Shown here piece after piece: positions 48,434 to 56,094 of a DNA stretch of 64,000 nucleotides (position 1 is its first letter; every line of letters starts with the position of its first letter). The notes beneath the pieces were generated by a model that worked only from the letters and a program-made list of their open reading frames with translations, did not search any database and was not told where the DNA came from. The position numbers and the translations under genes were made by a program. The DNA is taken from the IMG/VR virus record IMGVR_UViG_3300016482_000025, positions 1 to 64,000 of that record, one strand, 5' to 3'. This DNA is from a virus.

Positions 48434-49273
48434 ATGAAGACTTTTGCTGATTTTGCCATGCGGAAATTAAACGCAGTCAAATATAAAATACCGGCTGTTG
48501 TTATTACTCATGGCGCACATGCCAATAGACAAGAAATACCTAATTTATACATTCAACATGGCTCCCATTCAGAAGGAAGTCTTAGAGAAGAATATGAAAC
48601 ATTTAGAAGTTTTGAAAGAGGTAAGCACCCTAACCAACATTTAGGTGCAGCTATTTCAGAAGCCGGTATGCATTTGGAAGACCTTCATGCTGACGTGAAA
48701 ATGTCAAACAATGAAATTAGAGCCATTCGTCAATACACAAATACTTCATATGGTTTGAATAGCTCTTTACATCAACACAATGGCGATCTTTCAAGAATTG
48801 CTATTGAACACCAAGACCAAGTAAAATATCTGGATAGTGCAATTAAGAAACATACACTCCCAAAGATGATTTTATTGTCTGGTATTAAAAAAGACCCTAG
48901 AGAACTTACAGAAAATACAAACGGTGTTTTAAAGTCACCAGCTTATGTTTCTACAACAATTCATCCTAGCATCGCTTATTTCTTTGCAAATGATGTGCAC
49001 AGCAAGTATAATGCCGATCCTAAACAACCAGAACAACATATTCTTAAAATCCATGTAAATGAAGGTGAACATGGATTGTATGTTGGGAACAGAAACGTAG
49101 GTTTTAGAAAACTAACCAATTCAACAGAACATGAGGTTCTTCTTCCAAGGGATCATCATTTTAAAATCACAGGAAAAACTACCTATGATGACGCTGGATC
49201 ATTGGTGCATGTCTGGAATACTCATATAATTCCAAGAAAAGAAAATCCTTATACATGGAAGCCAGGAAGATAA
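48434..49273 (+). CDS. Alt-like ADP-ribosyltransferase paralog 1
   Basis: IRQYTNTSYGLNSSL, PAYVSTTI and EHEVLLPR parallel T4 Alt IASYTGSGYRDINDYL, FVSTSL and EAEVILPR; N-terminus MKTFADFAM; IPNLYIQHGSH at aa 35-45. Confidence 0.75.
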   Translation: MKTFADFAMRKLNAVKYKIPAVVITHGAHANRQEIPNLYIQHGSHSEGSLREEYETFRSFERGKHPNQHLGAAISEAGMHLEDLHADVKMSNNEIRAIRQYTNTSYGLNSSLHQHNGDLSRIAIEHQDQVKYLDSAIKKHTLPKMILLSGIKKDPRELTENTNGVLKSPAYVSTTIHPSIAYFFANDVHSKYNADPKQPEQHILKIHVNEGEHGLYVGNRNVGFRKLTNSTEHEVLLPRDHHFKITGKTTYDDAGSLVHVWNTHIIPRKENPYTWKPGR

Positions 49274-49274
49274 A

Positions 49275-50006
49275 ATGTCATTCCTTGATAGATTTAAATC
49301 AACACCAACACCCATTCAATATACAGCAAAGAAACATTATACCAATTTTCTTTATCATAATGCCAATGATCATATTGGTAAAGAAATTTGGGACGTAGAT
49401 AAGAAGCTAAGGGAACATCATCCTTTCGGTCAACTACACGCCAATGAACGTGGTGCGCTTCAATCATACTCAATTGGTTCTTCTGCCTTATCCGATGAAT
49501 TGTTACAAAGCCATAAAGCAAATAGAGAACCAAAACAGAAAGTTGGATATGTGCATCTACCATCCTTGGATAATGCTACAACAAAATTTACTGTTCCTAA
49601 GATGACTGTTTTTTCTGGTGTAAAATTTGATCCGGGTGCCACAACAAAACACTCAAACGGAATCATGTATTCACCATCGTTTATTTCTTCTTCAATTGAT
49701 CCTTCTGTAGCAGATGAATTTGCTGCAACCACAGGTAATGCACACATCATGAGAATACATCTTCATGAAGGACACCCAGGATTATATCTTGGAAATGATC
49801 TAAATAGATCAGCAATGCCTTCCGAGCATGAATTGTTGCTGCCTAGAGGAATTCATTTTAAGATTAATCCAACACCTACTGTGTTTTCACATAATAGTCC
49901 TACAGCTACTAAGCATGTTTGGGATGCTCATGTTATACCAAAGGGTGTAGATATTCACACTTGGCAACCACCAAAAACACCATCCAGAGATTTTACTAAG
50001 GGATAA
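49275..50006 (+). CDS. Alt-like ADP-ribosyltransferase paralog 2
   Basis: LQSYSIGSSALSDEL, PSFISSSI and EHELLLPR; N-terminus MSFLDRFKS; HGSH motif degenerate. Confidence 0.7.
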   Translation: MSFLDRFKSTPTPIQYTAKKHYTNFLYHNANDHIGKEIWDVDKKLREHHPFGQLHANERGALQSYSIGSSALSDELLQSHKANREPKQKVGYVHLPSLDNATTKFTVPKMTVFSGVKFDPGATTKHSNGIMYSPSFISSSIDPSVADEFAATTGNAHIMRIHLHEGHPGLYLGNDLNRSAMPSEHELLLPRGIHFKINPTPTVFSHNSPTATKHVWDAHVIPKGVDIHTWQPPKTPSRDFTKG

Positions 50007-50009
50007 AAA

Positions 50010-52529
50010 ATGAAAAAGTTTAGAGATTTTGTTAGTAAGGTTATTCCAAATCTTTACATTCAACATGGAAGTCATGCATTCCCTAAGAATGACAAAGACC
50101 TTCCAAACGTCTATATTCCCCATGGAAGTCATTCTATACCTCCAAATGACAAAGACCTTCCAAACGTCTATATTCAACATGGAAGTCATGCATTCCCTAA
50201 GAATGACAAAGACCTTCCAAACGTCTATATTCCCCATGGAAGTCATTCTATACCTCCAAAAAAGGTTTCAGAATCAACAGCGGTTGGTGGTATTCACGTA
50301 ACTTTGAAAGAAGAAAAGTTATTTGAATCAATTGCAAACTCTGATGAAATTCATAAAATTCTGGATGGTCATGATAGTTACCAAAAAGAAATTGCATTTT
50401 CAAGCCCACATGTAACACCAGAACATATTCATAAAGCTTTGGATGATGAAAATGAATATGTGCGTGCGTCAGCTATTTCTCACCCAAAAGCAAGTCATGA
50501 AAATATTTCTAAAGCTTTGGATGATGAATCATTCTATATTCGTCGCAGAGCTATTCGTCACGAAAATGTAACACCAGAGCATCTTGATAAAGCAATTCAA
50601 AGGGATAATCCAGAAGACCTTAGAGAAGTAGCTATGAGTCCAAAGGTGCAATCTCACCATCTTGATAAATTATTAGATCATCCAGAAACTTATGTGTCTT
50701 CAAGAGCAGCATCAAGCCCAAACATTCAACCACATCACATTGACAAAATTCTAGATGGAAACAACCATTCCGCTAAAAATTCTGTTCTTCTAAGTGATAA
50801 GCTAACAACAAATCATATTCATAAAATTCTTGATGGTGATGATACAGACGCCAAATCTAGAGTATTGATGAATCCAAATGTCAAAACAGAACATATTGAC
50901 AAAGCCATTAATGATCCTTCTTCTCATGTAAGAAAAAGAGCTATTGTTTCTCCTGCCGCACAATCACACCACATTGACAAAGCATTAAAAGATGAAGATT
51001 GGGGTGTAAGAACAGCAGCATTACAAAGTGATCATCTTCAATCACATCACATTGATGAAATTTTAAGTAATAAATTAAATAGTGTATCTAACTCATCAAA
51101 TGCAATGAGCGTTCTACACCATCCGAATGTTCAACCACATCATTTGGATATGGCATTAAACCATGATGATTGGAGAGTAAGAAGAGAAGTATTTTCTTAT
51201 TACAAAACACCAGTTACACCAGACCATATTACAAAGGGATTGGATGATACACGTCCAGAAGTTAGAGCAGCGGCAGCAGGACACTCAGCGGCAACAGACG
51301 CCCATCTTGACAAAGCTCTAGATGATGGTAATGAACATGTTGTTCATGCAGCAACATCAAATCCAAATCTAAAACCACATCATCTTGATAAAGCAGTTAT
51401 GTCAAGTTATGGTTCTGGTTTAGATCATCTTTCAAATAATAATAATCTTCAACCACATCATATTGATCATATTCTACAACATGGTTCATATGATGCAAAG
51501 TATAATGCTCTACAACATAAAAACTTTACATCAGAACATATCACAAAAGCTTTCAATAATCCAGAAACAGGTAGTGGAACACTTGGAGATATTTTGTCTT
51601 GGCATAAAGACAAAATTACACCAGAACACGTTACAACATTATTGAATCATCCTAATGCTGATAGTTGGGCAAAAGAAAAGGCTCTTTCTTCAAGAGGCGC
51701 AACAAGTGATCATATTCATCAAATATTAGATGATCCAAACGCACACGATTTACACGCCCACGTTGTAAATTACAGTGATAAGTTTGGGAAAGAACATCTT
51801 GACAAAGTTATGAATGGTAACTATAAAGATTGGGTTAAAGAATCTGCAAATAAGAAAGTATTCTTTATGCATGATAACACCCATTTAGGTGATTCTGTTG
51901 GTGATGTTGGAAAACATCTTCAAGAAAGACAAGAAACACATGGGAAAATTCCAATCAGTAAAATTCCAGATGAACACAAATATGCAATTAAAAATTACAC
52001 AGATGGTTCATATGGAATCAATAGTCATTTGATTCATGACGGTCATGATGAAGAAGCTGTAAAGAATGGTCCATATGCAAACCAAGTTAAAAACATGGAT
52101 GCTGCCATTGATTCACACCCTCTACCAAAAATGACTGTGTATTCAGGTATTAAGTTTCATCCACATCAAAAAACAACACCAGATGGTTTATTAAAAACAA
52201 CAGCATATATTTCAACATCAATCAATCCTCAAACATCACATGGATTTACAAGTGATGTATCTCATGGTGGTGAACGTGCAAAACACATTCTTAGAATTCA
52301 CGTTCCAGAAGGACACCCAGGATTCTTTACCGGTAATGACAATGAATTTACAAACCATAATGAACATGAAGTAATTCTTCCAAGAAACACTCGATATAAA
52401 ATTTCTGATGCACCATCAAAATCTTATGCAGATGGATATGGAGATAAAATTCATATGTGGGATACACACATTGTTCCACAACATGTAGAAAATTCTCATG
52501 AATGGGAACCACCAAAGGTTGAGAAATAA
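50010..52529 (+). CDS. Alt-like ADP-ribosyltransferase paralog 3 with four HGSH motifs and a helical-repeat central domain
   Basis: 839 aa; MKKFRDFVSKV then 4 x PN(L/V)YI(Q/P)HGSH; about 19 repeats of about 26 aa; C-terminal IKNYTDGSYGINSHL, AYISTSI and EHEVILPR (52362-52385). Confidence 0.75.
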   Translation: MKKFRDFVSKVIPNLYIQHGSHAFPKNDKDLPNVYIPHGSHSIPPNDKDLPNVYIQHGSHAFPKNDKDLPNVYIPHGSHSIPPKKVSESTAVGGIHVTLKEEKLFESIANSDEIHKILDGHDSYQKEIAFSSPHVTPEHIHKALDDENEYVRASAISHPKASHENISKALDDESFYIRRRAIRHENVTPEHLDKAIQRDNPEDLREVAMSPKVQSHHLDKLLDHPETYVSSRAASSPNIQPHHIDKILDGNNHSAKNSVLLSDKLTTNHIHKILDGDDTDAKSRVLMNPNVKTEHIDKAINDPSSHVRKRAIVSPAAQSHHIDKALKDEDWGVRTAALQSDHLQSHHIDEILSNKLNSVSNSSNAMSVLHHPNVQPHHLDMALNHDDWRVRREVFSYYKTPVTPDHITKGLDDTRPEVRAAAAGHSAATDAHLDKALDDGNEHVVHAATSNPNLKPHHLDKAVMSSYGSGLDHLSNNNNLQPHHIDHILQHGSYDAKYNALQHKNFTSEHITKAFNNPETGSGTLGDILSWHKDKITPEHVTTLLNHPNADSWAKEKALSSRGATSDHIHQILDDPNAHDLHAHVVNYSDKFGKEHLDKVMNGNYKDWVKESANKKVFFMHDNTHLGDSVGDVGKHLQERQETHGKIPISKIPDEHKYAIKNYTDGSYGINSHLIHDGHDEEAVKNGPYANQVKNMDAAIDSHPLPKMTVYSGIKFHPHQKTTPDGLLKTTAYISTSINPQTSHGFTSDVSHGGERAKHILRIHVPEGHPGFFTGNDNEFTNHNEHEVILPRNTRYKISDAPSKSYADGYGDKIHMWDTHIVPQHVENSHEWEPPKVEK
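50061..50262 (+). repeat. 114-bp in-frame tandem direct repeat (about 1.8 copies, exact)
   Basis: Sequence from 50061 recurs identically from 50175; each unit encodes two 19-aa sub-repeats. Confidence 0.9.
50341..51830 (+). repeat. about 19 degenerate coding repeats (about 26-33 aa) of LRV/HEAT-like helical type
   Basis: Recurring xPxVxxEH(I/L)(D/H)KALDDxxxxVRxxAxxxP; counted from 19 H(I/L)xK(A/I)L cores. Confidence 0.7.
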
Positions 52530-53386
52530 TGAAAAGTTTTAAATCATATCTTAAAGCCATGCCTTGGGTTATACCAAATTTGTATATCCAGCATGGCTCA
52601 CACGCCTTCACAGAGGAAGATAAGCAAGAGACGCAAGCGGTTCAAGGGGTATCACAAGTTACCACAGAAGCCTTAAAACCAAAAGTATATAACTTAAATC
52701 ATGATTATTACATGATTAATCATAATTCACATCTTGGTCCTACCATTGATGATGTTGGTAATCATCTTCATGCTTTGCAAGATCAAAAAGAATCAATTCA
52801 TGATATGCCAGAACATGAAAAAAAGGCTGTATTGTCATACGCAGAAAGCTCAAAGGATATTAACAAAGCTTTAATTCATCATGAAGATTTTAATAAAGCA
52901 CATGAAGAAGTAAAACAACATATAAACCTTGAACATTTTGATAGTGCTGTAAATAAACATACTCTACCAAAGATGGTTCTTCATTCTGGTGTTGGTTGGA
53001 ATCCAAGAAAAGAATCAGCAATGTCCAATGGTGTTTTTAGAACATCAGCATATACTTCATCTTCAATTGATTCAGGAACAGCAGACTTTTTTGCTAAAGC
53101 CCATTGGGATCATAAGCTTGGTGATTTTGAAAGACATGTTCTGAGAATTCATGTGCCGGAAGGTCATAAAGGATTGTTTGTTGGAAATGAATATAACGGC
53201 AGCCCATTAACTCATATGGCAGAACATGAGGTTATTCTTCCTCGTAATACAACCTATAAACTAGCTCGTAGCACACCTTCTGCGACTTACTATAAGAGTG
53301 GTGATAGCGTTGCTACACATGTTTGGGATGCTCATATTGTTCCACATGAGGAAGACCCCCATACATGGACACCCCCTAAAAAGTAA
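52529..53386 (+). CDS. Alt-like ADP-ribosyltransferase paralog 4
   Basis: VLSYAESSKDINKAL, SAYTSSSI and EHEVILPR; N-terminus MKSFKSYLKAM; IPNLYIQHGSH at aa 15-25. Confidence 0.75.
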   Translation: MKSFKSYLKAMPWVIPNLYIQHGSHAFTEEDKQETQAVQGVSQVTTEALKPKVYNLNHDYYMINHNSHLGPTIDDVGNHLHALQDQKESIHDMPEHEKKAVLSYAESSKDINKALIHHEDFNKAHEEVKQHINLEHFDSAVNKHTLPKMVLHSGVGWNPRKESAMSNGVFRTSAYTSSSIDSGTADFFAKAHWDHKLGDFERHVLRIHVPEGHKGLFVGNEYNGSPLTHMAEHEVILPRNTTYKLARSTPSATYYKSGDSVATHVWDAHIVPHEEDPHTWTPPKK

Positions 53387-53405
53387 AAGGCCCATTCGGG
53401 CCTTT
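53386..53405. terminator. bidirectional terminator hairpin between convergent genes
   Basis: AAAGGCCC-ATTC-GGGCCTTT. Confidence 0.6.
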
Positions 53406-53721
53406 ACCTTGGTTGATAATTCTGATAATAGAAATGTAAAGCCCAGAATCTACAATATAATTCATGTAAATCCTTATCTTTTACAGTTTCCTTGAAATTT
53501 GAATAATCAATATTATCAATTGATTCAGACATTATATTCTTAAATTCTTCCTTGGAGCAGTATGTTCTATACATGTAATCCGCATTCCAAAGCTCTGTAA
53601 TTTCTCGGTCTGGAAACAACCGTTGAAGAATTTCTTTGCGACGTGCCCGAACAACAAGCTCATTAAAATTCAACTTATCCTTAACTACAGAAATAAAACC
53701 ATCACTCAAACACACCCACAT
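53404..53721 (-). CDS. hypothetical protein
   Basis: 105-aa ORF. Confidence 0.5.
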   Translation of the reverse strand: MWVCLSDGFISVVKDKLNFNELVVRARRKEILQRLFPDREITELWNADYMYRTYCSKEEFKNIMSESIDNIDYSNFKETVKDKDLHELYCRFWALHFYYQNYQPR

Positions 53722-53722
53722 A

Positions 53723-54424
53723 TTATTCTCCTAATAATTTATTCCTTCTCTCTGAGAAATTCTTAAATAATTCTTCATGATTAGAAAGGCCACTGTTTTT
53801 AAATAATCCTTGAACATGATTCATATCCATGTTCCTTACTGCTTCAAGACCATGTTTTTCAGCACCGGGATTTTGTTGAAACACAGTTTTAAATACATGA
53901 GTAGAAGCATTTTCTGGTCTAGAAATTAACGAATGTTTTTCATCAATATCAGGACCATAATCCTTATGTCCACCTTGGGCACGAAAATGGAAAGCACCAC
54001 CAGAGTCAACAGAGTGTAATTCACCTGTCTCTTTATGGCGCTCAATGTTATCATGTTCCAAACCAACAATATCCCAATTCTTGGTTAGAATAGCTGCATG
54101 ATACATTTTACCAATCGTATGTTGTTGATCAGTATTCAAATGAGCAAAATCAGAAGGATGCATTCTTTCTAATTTGTCATTCCAAGGTGTAACAACAGAA
54201 TGCTTACCATTTACCACAGAATAAGACGGTTGTAAAGTCTTAATTCCCATGTGTTCGTGAATTTTTCCTGTTAAATCTTCAACCTTGGCTTGATCAGCAT
54301 TTTGGTAATGTTTAACATAAAACTTTTTACCTGATTCACTGTCAACATGAACGCCGCCCGGATTAGAACCTAGACGGTCGCCCATTTTTTGTAATTCTTC
54401 TTGTAATTGTTTAAATGATTTCAT
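53723..54424 (-). CDS. atypical kinase-like protein with capsid-targeting-like N-terminus
   Basis: MKSFKQLQEEL; LGSNPGGVHVDSESGKKFYVKHY (Gly-rich loop plus Lys); TKNWDIVGLEHDNI (catalytic-loop-like D..N); SVDSGGAF (DFG-like). Confidence 0.45.
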   Translation of the reverse strand: MKSFKQLQEELQKMGDRLGSNPGGVHVDSESGKKFYVKHYQNADQAKVEDLTGKIHEHMGIKTLQPSYSVVNGKHSVVTPWNDKLERMHPSDFAHLNTDQQHTIGKMYHAAILTKNWDIVGLEHDNIERHKETGELHSVDSGGAFHFRAQGGHKDYGPDIDEKHSLISRPENASTHVFKTVFQQNPGAEKHGLEAVRNMDMNHVQGLFKNSGLSNHEELFKNFSERRNKLLGE

Positions 54425-54445
54425 GAGACACCTTTTTTATTGTAT

Positions 54446-55018
54446 TTATGGCGCCTCTGCTACTTCAACCATATCGCTTGGGTTTCTATAGAAACGATGA
54501 TTTCCAATTACAACCGTTCTTGTAAAATTCCTAAAATCCCTAGGAACGGTTCTACCTGAATGGAAGTAGCGACTTCTATCAGTCACGTCCAACAGGATTT
54601 CACGGTCATACAAGGCGATCCAAGCAAGGACTAGGCTTCTATCCCAAACCTCACCAGAAGGCATCCTATGGCGCCTGGAAGTCCACGAAAACTGTCCTGG
54701 CCTGAATACCTCACGGCAGATGTTTTGCCTGTCTTGTGCGCGATTCATTGTTACATTAACAACGGCGATTTGTCCTAACATACGTTCGCCTCGCGCTTCA
54801 TGGTAGATGTTTTGTGCCAAACACACAAGGTTCCTTTCGTTAAAGGCGTTTCTAGGTAGAATGGCAATATGAGCATTAACTAGATGCTCCATAAATCTTT
54901 CGTAGTTAGATTCTGTCTCCCATGGATGAAAAGTATTCGCTACCGCTTGAGACGTAGGCACTACCAATGTTAGAAACGCCATCGTCAGTAGCAGAGCTAC
55001 CTTCTTTAGCTTCTTCAT
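54446..55018 (-). CDS. SleB-like cell wall hydrolase with signal peptide
   Basis: MKKLKKVALLLTMAFLTLVVPTSQA; LAQNIYHEARGE...GQIAVVNVTMNR...PGQFSW. Confidence 0.7.
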   Translation of the reverse strand: MKKLKKVALLLTMAFLTLVVPTSQAVANTFHPWETESNYERFMEHLVNAHIAILPRNAFNERNLVCLAQNIYHEARGERMLGQIAVVNVTMNRAQDRQNICREVFRPGQFSWTSRRHRMPSGEVWDRSLVLAWIALYDREILLDVTDRSRYFHSGRTVPRDFRNFTRTVVIGNHRFYRNPSDMVEVAEAP

Positions 55019-55241
55019 TTTTGTTTTCCAATACGTTGTTTAAATATCGTTGAAGATACCAAATAGCCTTCTCGATATCTTCCTTGGGTGTATCATGCTT
55101 CTTATCAGCACGCAAGATATATTTCAGAACATTTCCTAGATGGAACCCAAGTTGATAATGTTCAATGATATTTATAACCTCATAAACACCTGGGTTATAG
55201 TGTTCCGGGTGGTTTACTTTTTCTTCTTTTCCTGTAGCCAT
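54906..55241 (-). CDS. DUF3310-family protein
   Basis: VNHPEHYNPG..YEVINIIEHY...GNVLKYILRA...AIWYLQRYL. Confidence 0.65.
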   Translation of the reverse strand: MATGKEEKVNHPEHYNPGVYEVINIIEHYQLGFHLGNVLKYILRADKKHDTPKEDIEKAIWYLQRYLNNVLENKNEEAKEGSSATDDGVSNIGSAYVSSGSEYFSSMGDRI

Positions 55242-55594
55242 TGTTCTAATCCTGTAAAGTCAATATTTTTAATCACATCTGCAATATGGTTGTCAATTAA
55301 TTGTCTTGTTAGTGCAATCTTTTCTGGCACTTCCATATGGTCATAATTATGAAACTTTATAAATGTTCGTGGGTCTTTCATTTCCACTACGATAGCAGAT
55401 TCAAATGTTGAAGGACTATCATAGAAAGAAACTCTTCTTTTTCCTTCAAACACTGGTCCGAAGATTTTCCAAGTCTTGGCTTTTTCTTCCTCATACTTTG
55501 TTTTTAATTCATCACACTTAAAACGCAATGCGCGAATTTCATCTTGCATTGCTTCATAGGAATCTAATGATAAAGATACTGTTCCGTCAGCCAT
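55214..55594 (-). CDS. hypothetical protein
   Basis: 126-aa ORF. Confidence 0.5.
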   Translation of the reverse strand: MADGTVSLSLDSYEAMQDEIRALRFKCDELKTKYEEEKAKTWKIFGPVFEGKRRVSFYDSPSTFESAIVVEMKDPRTFIKFHNYDHMEVPEKIALTRQLIDNHIADVIKNIDFTGLEQWLQEKKKK

Positions 55595-56093
55595 TTGTAA
55601 CTCTCTTCAATTTGCGTTCAATATTCTTCCAATCTTTAAGAGCCTTGTTTCTATTAAAGAAATTAGCATCGTCCCAAAAATAGGTTCCGTTGATGTGTGT
55701 CATTTCGTGTTGAAATAAGCGAGCGGTTCCACCTTCAAGATTTGCAGTTTGGACAGCGCCGGTTATATCATTATATCGCACACGAATCTTGAATGGGCGC
55801 GTAATCTTAACAGAAAGACCGGGAAATGAGATATCTGTTTCTGTGCCCAAAGCCATTTCTGATGACTCATAAACAATCTTCGGATTGAGATATACTGAAT
55901 AAGATTCCCAATTTCGAATAATAAACATAGCAGCATCATAACCAAGCTGGTTAGATGAGAGGCTAACCGCATCATAACGCTTTGCTACTTCAACCATTTC
56001 TGTAGCAACAGCGGCAGCAAGAGCCAAGTCTGTTACCTTTTCTAAGGGTGTTTCTAGATAAGGGGATTTACCCACAATAACTTTTGGTTCCAT
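55587..56093 (-). CDS. peptide deformylase-like protein (divergent)
   Basis: QHEMTHINGTYF retains HExxH; VSLSSNQ aligns to the GIGLAAxQ motif; ETDIS aligns to EGCLS with Cys replaced by Asp. Confidence 0.55.
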   Translation of the reverse strand: MEPKVIVGKSPYLETPLEKVTDLALAAAVATEMVEVAKRYDAVSLSSNQLGYDAAMFIIRNWESYSVYLNPKIVYESSEMALGTETDISFPGLSVKITRPFKIRVRYNDITGAVQTANLEGGTARLFQHEMTHINGTYFWDDANFFNRNKALKDWKNIERKLKRVTNG

Positions 56094-56094
56094 A

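Noticed and set aside
50046-50262. Regularly spaced 57/114-bp direct repeats, considered as a CRISPR-like array
   Set aside because: The repeats are in frame within a long ORF. They have no unique spacers and encode the HGSH peptide repeat.
49887-50301. Alternative-frame ORFs 49887-50246 (minus) and 50029-50301 (plus) with internally repetitive translations
   Set aside because: They are artefacts of the 114-bp tandem repeat read in other frames. The frame encoding the ART paralog is continuous for 839 codons.
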